Source of the DNA: Myxococcota bacterium
GTDB taxonomy: Bacteria; Myxococcota; UBA4151
DNA length: 64,000 bases
Direction: 5' to 3'
Assembly: GCA_036338695.1 (NCBI GenBank)
Contig: JAYZBQ010000076.1
Coordinates: 930 to 64,929, forward strand
A program made the translations under genes and the position numbers. The notes under the pieces are model-generated. The model saw nothing but the letters and a program-made list of their open reading frames with translations. It made no database searches and had not been told where the DNA came from. Of the stretch, positions 18,886 to 26,247 are shown piece by piece; position 1 is the first letter of the stretch, and each line of letters begins with the position of its first letter.

Positions 18886-20273
18886 GGCCTCTCCGGTCCG
18901 CCATCTCGATCCACCAAGGATTGGGGTAAGATCTGGCTGTATTGTTCATACAGGTCGCTCACATGCTCCGCGTAGCGCGTGGCGACGAGCCCCTGACAGC
19001 TTCCATGTTTTGCGTCCTTTGAGAACTGCCGATGCGCTAAAAGAGGCAAGGTCAGGCTGACGCCCTGATCCCACACTTCATCATCGAGCCCTAGCTGCCG
19101 GGCGAGAATGCGCGCGTCGTCTAGGTGAGCGTGGCCTACGTTGTAGGAGGCCAGCGCGAACATGCGCTGATCATAAGGCGATTTGGCGCGCCGAAAACGC
19201 CTCATGAGCCGCCTGAGATAGCGCGCAGCGGCATAGCTTGAGGCTTTCGGATCGCTCGGGTCGTCTAGACCGATCGCCCGCGCCGTGGCGGGCATGAATT
19301 GGAACAGCCCTTGAGCGCCCACTCGGCTGGTGGCGAACGGGTCTTGAGCCGACTCGACCATCATCACCGCAGCCAGCAGGCGCCAGTCGATGCCGTAGCG
19401 TGATTGGGCTGCGCGTAGGTCCGGGTCCCAGCGCGTGATGCGCTTACTCAGGTCGGTGCGCACCCACGGCCGCGCCCTCATGCGCATCTGCGTAGGTGAG
19501 GCGAAGTAGCGGGCGTGCAGCGCCGCCCGAAGCTTGGGCCGAAAGCCGGACCGAAAGAAGGTCTCGAGCGCTGGTTTGAGCTGCGCATCGGCGCTGCGAT
19601 ACCACCACCGCACCGGTTTGGAGGTGCCCATCCCATGGGTGATCACGAACCGACCATCGAGGGCAATAAATGCCTCGGCGTGGCGTCGATTGACCGCCAC
19701 GGCGACCCCCTGATCGCGTGACGTTTTCGCCAGCGATTGCAGCAGCGCCCAGTCGGTGTTCGCTGCAACGATCTGTTGTCTGCAGGGCGGTGCGCACCAG
19801 CCGATGAGGTCGCGTATGGGGCTTGAGCCTGCCCGTACATGGACCGACCGGGTTGTGCCTTGGCGCCAGTTGACCAACACCGAGTCGCTGTGCGCATAGC
19901 TCGGCCCGGCGTTCCATCGCGGATGCCCCCCCCAAGGCTCAGCGGGCACCCATAAATCGATCTCGCCACGCTCGATGAGGTACTCGAGCTGCTCATCGTC
20001 CGTCACCACGCGCACCGAGATGCGCCGGTCCAAGGTCTTGGCGAAGCGACTCAACAGGTCGTACTCAAAGCCCCTGGGCCGACCGCGGTAGATGAAGTAA
20101 TCGGTCAGGCTTTTTCGCAAGGCGACCCTGAGCGCATTGTCTGATTCGTCCAGCAACCGCTCAACGCGCTCGATGGGCTCGGACGGCGTGGGGGTTGGGG
20201 CCGGCGCAGGTGTGCAGCTTGTGGCGCTTGTAAGAGCGAACGCAGTCAGGGTAGGCGCAGCTAGCTTGAGCAT
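18882..20273 (-). CDS. mltF: Membrane-bound lytic murein transglycosylase F-like (periplasmic solute-binding domain plus SLT domain)
   Basis: N-terminal amino-acid-binding-like domain (GFEYDLLSRFAKTLDRRISVRVVTDDEQLEYLIERGEIDLWV). SLT domain (LAAVMMVESAQDPFATSRVGAQGLFQFMPATARAIGL). Lipoprotein start MLKLAAPTLTAFALTSATSC at the ATG at 20273. Confidence 0.75.
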   Translation of the reverse strand: MLKLAAPTLTAFALTSATSCTPAPAPTPTPSEPIERVERLLDESDNALRVALRKSLTDYFIYRGRPRGFEYDLLSRFAKTLDRRISVRVVTDDEQLEYLIERGEIDLWVPAEPWGGHPRWNAGPSYAHSDSVLVNWRQGTTRSVHVRAGSSPIRDLIGWCAPPCRQQIVAANTDWALLQSLAKTSRDQGVAVAVNRRHAEAFIALDGRFVITHGMGTSKPVRWWYRSADAQLKPALETFFRSGFRPKLRAALHARYFASPTQMRMRARPWVRTDLSKRITRWDPDLRAAQSRYGIDWRLLAAVMMVESAQDPFATSRVGAQGLFQFMPATARAIGLDDPSDPKASSYAAARYLRRLMRRFRRAKSPYDQRMFALASYNVGHAHLDDARILARQLGLDDEVWDQGVSLTLPLLAHRQFSKDAKHGSCQGLVATRYAEHVSDLYEQYSQILPQSLVDRDGGPERP

Positions 20274-20302
20274 GTTAGCGCCTCTCCAAGAAAGCGATAA
20301 AG

Positions 20303-22030
20303 ATGGACAACCAAACATTTCGGTCGATCTGGGGTGTTGCGTTTAGCTTATTCCTGAGCGCTTGCACTAGTGTGCCTCTCAATTCATCGGCGCCGGATGG
20401 GGCACCTCAAGCTGATCCGGCTGTCTCGGTTGATCCGGCGCCTGGTCGCGCCAGCGACCCGAGCGCCCCGACGACCCCAGCGGTTGAGCTGGTCGTCAAG
20501 CCCTCGGATGCGCCGACGCCTCGCCCACCCGCCAAGCTCGATGAGCGCTGGCGCACGTTGATGGAGGGCGACCTGACGGCGCTGGTCGATGCGTTGGATC
20601 AAGCCGACCCATCAACGCTTGAGCTTTTGGCGGCGCAGCCGCCGAGCGAGGGGCAGCAGGTGGCGCAACTGCGGCTTGCGATGATTCAAGCGCACAGCGG
20701 TCTACCCAGCGCGCTCCCTGCGCGCGTCCCAGAGCAATTCGCCGGCAAGCTCGACCAATTACGGGCGATGCAGGCTCAGCTCAACCAGTCGCGACCGCGG
20801 CGTATCGGCCTACTTTTGCCCAGCGATCGCGCCTGGGGTGACGTGCTCGAGAAGGCCTTTCGTTTTGGCTTGGGTGAGTCCTCCGTTGAGGTCGTCGTGG
20901 CGAGCTCAGCCGAGCCGGAAGCGGGAATGCGTGAGCTGGTTTTGAACCAAGGAGCGACCCTGGTGATCTGCGGTCCGTTTCTGAAACGAGCGAAGCGCGC
21001 AGCCGTGGTAGCCCAGCGCTATGGTGTGCCGATCGTGAGCCTGGCGCGCGAGCCTGGCATGGCGTCGCTCGGCGATCGGGTCTTTCAAGTCGGTTTGACC
21101 AACGAAGCGCAGATCGATCGGTTGGTCGAAGGCGCCATGGAGCAGCGAAACTACAAGCGCTTCGCCATCTTGTTTCCGCGTACCGCCTCGGGGTGGGGCG
21201 CGGCCAAGAGGTTTCGGGCGCAGGTTGAGGCGCGCGGCGGTGAGGTCACCATCAGCCAGCCTTACCCGCGCGGTGAGACCACCTTTACGCCGTTGATCAG
21301 CGGTATGGTGGGTCGGGATGCGGCGTCGTTGAACGCGAACCCGAAGTACCGAAAGTGCGTCTCTGAGATCGCTGATGAGCTCAAGGGGCTTCGGCGCAAG
21401 AGGCGCGTGGAGTCCTGCCGTGACCGGACCCCGCCCAAGGTCGAGTTTGAGGCCATCTTTGTGCCGGATTCGGTCGCCTCTGTGCGGCAGATTATGCCCT
21501 TCATCGAGCTCGCTGACATGGTGCCCAACCTCAACGAGCGCATGCTCTGGAAGACGCGTAAGGCGACTGAAAACAAAGAGTTAATCGCCACGCCGATCCT
21601 GGGGATGCGCCAACTCAATTCGCATTACTTCGCCAGCCGAAGCCGAACGGATGTTGAGGGTAGCCTCTTCGTGGATGCGTACTACCCGTATGACGGCGAG
21701 CGGGCGCTACCCGGACAGTTTACCCGCGCCTTTCGTAAGCTGAACAACCGCCCCCCGGACCTGCTCGAGACCCTAGCCTACGACGTCGGGTTGCTCGTCA
21801 GACACCTCGATGAAAACGACCAGCTCAGCAGCCGCTCGGTGGTTCTGAGCGCGCTGAGCCAGCTCAAGGACTTTGAGGCCGTGACGGGGCCGTGGGCGAT
21901 GAGCGCAGAGGGTCAGGTGCAGCGACCCTTATACCTGCTGAGCATCCACAAGCGACGGATCCTCACCGAGGATGACCGGGTGCAGGCGCTGAGCGAGAAG
22001 CGCTCGAAGCGCCGGCGTAGGGGGCGTTAG
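20303..22030 (+). CDS. LpoA-like lipoprotein: helical N-terminal region plus type-I periplasmic-binding-protein domain
   Basis: Lipobox FSLFLSAC. C-terminal LivK/PBP1-like fold (RIGLLLPSDRAWGD...GATLVICGPFL...VPIVSLAR...FAILFPRTASGWG). This architecture is typical of penicillin-binding-protein activator LpoA. Confidence 0.5.
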   Translation: MDNQTFRSIWGVAFSLFLSACTSVPLNSSAPDGAPQADPAVSVDPAPGRASDPSAPTTPAVELVVKPSDAPTPRPPAKLDERWRTLMEGDLTALVDALDQADPSTLELLAAQPPSEGQQVAQLRLAMIQAHSGLPSALPARVPEQFAGKLDQLRAMQAQLNQSRPRRIGLLLPSDRAWGDVLEKAFRFGLGESSVEVVVASSAEPEAGMRELVLNQGATLVICGPFLKRAKRAAVVAQRYGVPIVSLAREPGMASLGDRVFQVGLTNEAQIDRLVEGAMEQRNYKRFAILFPRTASGWGAAKRFRAQVEARGGEVTISQPYPRGETTFTPLISGMVGRDAASLNANPKYRKCVSEIADELKGLRRKRRVESCRDRTPPKVEFEAIFVPDSVASVRQIMPFIELADMVPNLNERMLWKTRKATENKELIATPILGMRQLNSHYFASRSRTDVEGSLFVDAYYPYDGERALPGQFTRAFRKLNNRPPDLLETLAYDVGLLVRHLDENDQLSSRSVVLSALSQLKDFEAVTGPWAMSAEGQVQRPLYLLSIHKRRILTEDDRVQALSEKRSKRRRRGR

Positions 22031-22121
22031 AAAAAGAACGAGCCGACTCAAGGTCAGCTCGTTCAGGAAGGACGTATGCACAGCTCGCCAACTGTGTATA
22101 CTGATTCTCTCTCTATTTAAT

Positions 22122-22151
22122 GTTTTATGCGGCGTAAAACGTTTTGTTGTT
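22122..22151 (+). terminator. Putative intrinsic terminator of the LpoA-like gene in an AT-rich trough
   Basis: GTTTTA-TGCGGCG-TAAAAC hairpin followed by GTTTTGTTGTT. The stem is short and AT-rich, so it is weak. Confidence 0.35.
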
Positions 22152-22681
22152 CACAGCGGCGGATCGGCGAAGGCGATGATCGATCGCTCGATGGTGTGAC
22201 CGACCTCTGTGCTGCAGCGTTGCACGCACCAACCAGCTGACGTGGGAAGCGAGAGCGCAAGCTCGAGCCGGGTTGCGCTGACGCTGAGCAGAACGCCCAT
22301 GCGATCTGGCGAGAAGTTGAACCGTCCTCGCTCAGCGGGCCAGTCGAGAACGGTGACCATCCCTGGCTCGGGGGACACGGCTCCCTTGAGGTGGAAGCGA
22401 TCCTGCCGTTTGAACAGGTGCAAGAGGTTCGCATAGCGCCGAAAGAAGTAGGGGCTGTCCGGCGTATTCGCTGAGCCCCCTATTTTACGATAGCCGGCGC
22501 GATCGGCTCGAAAGTCGTGCGCCATGTTGGCGCGAAAGCGCTCGCCAGCGACATACGGCACCAGATCGATGGGGCCGATCGGACCTTGGCGCCAATCCCA
22601 GTCGTTGTCGACGCGCGCGCCGCCTGAGCGCTGCGCTCGGTCACATAAAAGCGGCCGTTGCTTTCCACAGTTCACAATCAT
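22151..22681 (-). CDS. Hypothetical protein (no recognised family); gene call uncertain
   Basis: 176-aa ORF. Its 5' half has typical high GC3 but the 3' half only about 60%. Weak RBS. Only 36 bp separate it from the divergent nadE start. It borders the only AT-rich region in the window. Confidence 0.35.
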   Translation of the reverse strand: MIVNCGKQRPLLCDRAQRSGGARVDNDWDWRQGPIGPIDLVPYVAGERFRANMAHDFRADRAGYRKIGGSANTPDSPYFFRRYANLLHLFKRQDRFHLKGAVSPEPGMVTVLDWPAERGRFNFSPDRMGVLLSVSATRLELALSLPTSAGWCVQRCSTEVGHTIERSIIAFADPPL

Positions 22682-22716
22682 CGCTAAAGGTCGGCCGGTC
22701 GAGAGGTGATGGTGAA

Positions 22717-24297
22717 ATGACTGAGCTCTTAGTTCAATTCAACTCGGTCGTCGGTGACGTCGAGGGTAACCGGAAGCGGTTACAAGCGATGTTGTTGGAC
22801 GCAGAGCCGTTTGACCTCGCCTTGGTACCCGAACTTGCGCTGACTGGCTATCCACCGCGCGACCTGCTTGAGGCGGGCGGGTTCCTTGAGCGGTGCTTGC
22901 GAGAACTGGACGAGCTAGCGCGTGCTCTTGAGGGGCGCGGCGCCGTGATCCTTGGGGCGCCAGCGCCCGCCGATCGTGCGCCCGGTTTGTACAACGCGGC
23001 CTGGTTGCTCGAGGCTGGCGCTGCGCGTGTTGTGGCGACCAAGCAACTCTTGCCGGCGTACGATGTTTTTGATGAGCCTCGGCACTTCGTCCCTGGGCAG
23101 CCGATGGCGCCCGTTGAGGTCGCCGGGCGGCGGGTCGGGGTGACGATCTGTGAGGACCTCTGGCTCGGTCAAGAAGTCGGTGAAGAGGGGCGGTACGCCG
23201 CAGCGCCGGCGAGCGATTTGGCGGCTGACTGCGATGTCTTGGTCAACCTCTCAGCGAGCCCGTATCGGCGCGGTCGCCCCGCTGAGCGTGTTGAGCAAGC
23301 GGCGGCGCTTGCTCGGCGTACCGGTGTTCCGGTTGCGGTGGTGAACGCGGTGGGGGGGCAGGACGAGCTGATCTTTGACGGACACAGCTTCTGGACCGAC
23401 GGTCTCGATCATCGATCGCTCCCGGGCTTTGCCGAATGCGTCGCCACTGCGGCGGCTGCGGCGGAGGGCGCCGATGAGCTCGAGCAGGACCGTCAGGCGC
23501 TCGTGCTCGGCCTGCGAGACTACGTCACGAAATGCGGTGCGCGTCGCGTCGTGTTGGGGCTGAGCGGCGGCGTCGACTCGGCTTTGGTCGCTGCGCTCGC
23601 CGTGGACGCCTTGGGCGCTGACGCCGTGCTCGGGATCGCCATGCCGAGCCGTTACAGCTCGGAGCGCAGTCTGCGCGACGCGCGGTTGCTCGCAAACCAG
23701 CTTGGGATCGAGCTGCGCGTGATCCCGATCGAAGCGGCGCATGATCAGCTCCGTACCCTTTTAGGTGGAGCGATCGACGTCTCGGGCTTGACCGACGAAA
23801 ATCTACAGGCCCGCCTGCGCGGCTTGATGGTGATGGCCGCCTCGAACGCGGAGGGCCGCTTTGCCCTCGCCACGGGGAACAAGTCGGAGCTCGGGGTGGG
23901 CTATTGCACGCTCTATGGTGACATGTGCGGTGCGGTCGCACCGATTGGCGACCTCTTCAAGCTCGACGTCTTCGAGCTCGCCCGGCGTGATCTGCGCATC
24001 CCACGCAGCATCGTCGAGGCGCCGCCGTCGGCTGAGCTCCGGCCGGACCAGCGCGACGATGACAGCTTGCCCCCTTATGAGCGCCTCGACCCCCTCTTGA
24101 ACGCTCTGATCGTGGAGCGTACGCACCCAGAGCGTCTTGTGGCGATGGGGTTTGGTGCAGACGAGGTGGCGCAGGTCGTGCAATTGGTGGATCGCAGCGA
24201 ATTCAAGCGCCGGCAGGCGGCGCCCGTGCTGCGCGTGAGCGCGAAAGCGTTTGGTATGGGGCGGCGACAGCCGCTCGCTTGGAGGCGAGGCTACTGA
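22717..24297 (+). CDS. nadE: Glutamine-dependent NAD+ synthetase NadE (nitrilase domain plus NAD synthase domain)
   Basis: N-terminal CN-hydrolase domain (LVPELALTGYPPRD...CEDLW). C-terminal PP-loop GLSGGVDSALVAALA with ATGNKSELGVGYCTLYGD. Confidence 0.9.
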   Translation: MTELLVQFNSVVGDVEGNRKRLQAMLLDAEPFDLALVPELALTGYPPRDLLEAGGFLERCLRELDELARALEGRGAVILGAPAPADRAPGLYNAAWLLEAGAARVVATKQLLPAYDVFDEPRHFVPGQPMAPVEVAGRRVGVTICEDLWLGQEVGEEGRYAAAPASDLAADCDVLVNLSASPYRRGRPAERVEQAAALARRTGVPVAVVNAVGGQDELIFDGHSFWTDGLDHRSLPGFAECVATAAAAAEGADELEQDRQALVLGLRDYVTKCGARRVVLGLSGGVDSALVAALAVDALGADAVLGIAMPSRYSSERSLRDARLLANQLGIELRVIPIEAAHDQLRTLLGGAIDVSGLTDENLQARLRGLMVMAASNAEGRFALATGNKSELGVGYCTLYGDMCGAVAPIGDLFKLDVFELARRDLRIPRSIVEAPPSAELRPDQRDDDSLPPYERLDPLLNALIVERTHPERLVAMGFGADEVAQVVQLVDRSEFKRRQAAPVLRVSAKAFGMGRRQPLAWRRGY

Positions 24298-24860
24298 TGA
24301 GTGAGAAGCGAGTGGTGACGTTGAGTAAGCTGTACACGCGCAGCGGCGATGAGGGGCTCACGGGCTTGGTGGGCGGCGAGCGCTGTCTCAAGACGGATCC
24401 GCGCGTGGTGAGCTACGGTGAGGTCGACGAGCTGAACGCGTGCATGGGATTATGCGCTCAGCAAGCGTCTGAGGGGCTGCGTGGTCAGATCGAGATGATT
24501 CAACAGCGCCTCTTCGACCTTGGGGCGCACTTGGCGGACGCCCGCCCCGAGCCTCAGCTGGCGCTCGATCAAGGAGACATCGACCAGCTTGAGCTCTGGG
24601 TCGATCGCGCCCTCGAGGGCCTCCCGGACCTCACCAGTTTCGTTCTGCCTGGCGGCGGCGAGCTGAGCGCTCGCATGCATCTGGCGCGTACCGTGTGCCG
24701 GCGCGCCGAGCGGGCGGTGCTGTCGGCTCAGGCGGTCGCTGAGCGCTCGCCGCTTGCGCTGGTGTACCTCAACCGACTCAGTGACCTCTTGTTCGCGTGG
24801 AGTCGGCTCGCCGCCTACGAGGCACAGCGCCCCGAGCTGCTCTGGGTTCCCAAATCGTAA
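24279..24860 (+). CDS. PduO-type ATP:cob(I)alamin adenosyltransferase
   Basis: KLYTRSGDEGLTGLVGGERCLKTDPRVVSYGEVDELNACMG is the PduO/MMAB N-terminal signature. Overlaps the nadE 3' end by 19 nt. Confidence 0.8.
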   Translation: MEARLLMSEKRVVTLSKLYTRSGDEGLTGLVGGERCLKTDPRVVSYGEVDELNACMGLCAQQASEGLRGQIEMIQQRLFDLGAHLADARPEPQLALDQGDIDQLELWVDRALEGLPDLTSFVLPGGGELSARMHLARTVCRRAERAVLSAQAVAERSPLALVYLNRLSDLLFAWSRLAAYEAQRPELLWVPKS

Positions 24861-24945
24861 GGTGAGCCTTGGCTGGCCGCTCCGCCGTCCATCCGATGGT
24901 CGAGCCGCCTGTTTCGTCGCATACAGAGCGGCGTTTGTCGCCGTT

Positions 24946-25863
24946 ATGGAGAAAGAGACTATGACCTTTCGTCACCTCGTTGCCTTGAGTGCCCTGATGA
25001 TGATTCACGCGTGCGGCGGCGCGCCGGATCCTGAGGGCGACAGCTGCGCCGTGGACTCTGACTGTACTGCGGGCGCGGTCTGCTTTCAGGGGCTCTGCCG
25101 TGGCTCGGGGACTGAGGTGGATGCGGGGCCGGTCGATGCAGGCGCTGCGGCGCAAGACACGGGCGCAGCCGCTCAAGACACGGGCAACAGCGGGACCCGT
25201 GACGCGGGCGTGACGCCGCCGGCTGACACCGGCGTGACCGCTCCCGATACGGGCGCCGGCGGTTGCCAAGGCGACGACTGCCCGTGCGAAAACGAGAGCG
25301 ACTGTCCTTACGATCATTACTGCAACCGGCGCGACGGTCAGTGCGCACCGCTTCCCGATGGAACCTGCCGAGACGATCGCAGCTGCACGGGCACGTGCAA
25401 CGTACCTGAGGGGCGAACGGTCGGGCGATGTGTTGATTGTCAGGCGGACGCGGATTGCGCCGACCAGGCGCCGCGTACGCGCTGCCTGAACAACACCTGC
25501 CGCCTGCCCGAAGGTCAATGCGAGAACAACACCGACTGCGCTAACGGCGAGCAGTGCGTCGACGGCGCCTGTGAGGGCGGCGGTGGCGGCGGCGGCGCCT
25601 GCCAAGATGATGGCGACTGCGTCGCAGGCGAGACCTGCCTTGCCGGTCGGTGCATCTCGCCGGGCGGTGGTTTGCCGGGTGGCTGCGCATCGCACGCTGA
25701 CTGCGGCGCCGACGAGCAGTGCCTTTTGAATCAGTGCCTGAGTAAGTGCAACACCGGGACCTTCGGGCAGCTGTGCTCGATCCCGCCCCCGCTCGACATC
25801 GCCTGCATCTGCCGCATCGCGGGTGGGCTGACCTGCAACCAGCAGACGGGCTACTGCGAGTAA
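24946..25863 (+). CDS. Secreted Cys-rich lipoprotein with Dickkopf-N-like repeats
   Basis: Signal and lipobox LSALMMIHACGG. Eight or more repeats of C-x2-D-x-DC-x2-G-x2-C-x2-G-x-C (DSDCTAGAVCFQGLC, NTDCANGEQCVDGAC, DGDCVAGETCLAGRC, HADCGADEQCLLNQC), a poly-Gly tract, and an Asp/Thr/Gly-rich low-complexity segment. Start is the ATG at 24946 or 24961. Confidence 0.55.
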   Translation: MEKETMTFRHLVALSALMMIHACGGAPDPEGDSCAVDSDCTAGAVCFQGLCRGSGTEVDAGPVDAGAAAQDTGAAAQDTGNSGTRDAGVTPPADTGVTAPDTGAGGCQGDDCPCENESDCPYDHYCNRRDGQCAPLPDGTCRDDRSCTGTCNVPEGRTVGRCVDCQADADCADQAPRTRCLNNTCRLPEGQCENNTDCANGEQCVDGACEGGGGGGGACQDDGDCVAGETCLAGRCISPGGGLPGGCASHADCGADEQCLLNQCLSKCNTGTFGQLCSIPPPLDIACICRIAGGLTCNQQTGYCE

Positions 25864-25881
25864 GCCTACCTAGGCGCCCTC

Positions 25882-26247
25882 TTAGGGCTCTGGCAAGGTG
25901 ACGCAGAAGGTCTTCGCTTGCCGCCTCAGACGCATGGGCAAGACGGCGCGGCTGGTGCTGATCTCCAGGTCGATGACCTCTGAGCTTGCCTCGAGCGTCC
26001 GGATGGAATCGATCCCGCCGTAGCGCCCCACCAGCCTCTTGAGGAAGACCTCGGGCGCCTCGCTGGTGGCGCCGAGGCTCAAGCTGGCGAGCTGGTCGCG
26101 TGCGTCCGGACAAAGTTGCTGATAAGCGCGCTCGGCTTTGCCGTCGGCTAGGGCGCGCAGCCACTGCGCAGCAAAGGTCTCTGGGTCGGCGCTTGCGCTG
26201 CAGCCGGCGCACCACACCAGAACCCACAGCGATCGATAACTGCTCAT
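25882..26247 (-). CDS. Small lipoprotein, last gene of the MMPL operon
   Basis: 121 aa with lipobox LVWCAGCSAS. Its start overlaps the MMPL stop by 4 nt. Confidence 0.45.
   Translation of the reverse strand: MSSYRSLWVLVWCAGCSASADPETFAAQWLRALADGKAERAYQQLCPDARDQLASLSLGATSEAPEVFLKRLVGRYGGIDSIRTLEASSEVIDLEISTSRAVLPMRLRRQAKTFCVTLPEP

Noticed and set aside
22030-22150. tRNA or other structured RNA gene in the AT-rich intergenic trough (also 53401..53686, 53997..54089, 24860..24946, 54820..54907)
   Set aside because: No tRNA-like acceptor/T-arm pattern (GTTCRA...CCA) or conserved ncRNA motif recognisable by eye. Only terminator-like hairpins. Infernal or tRNAscan would be needed for certainty.
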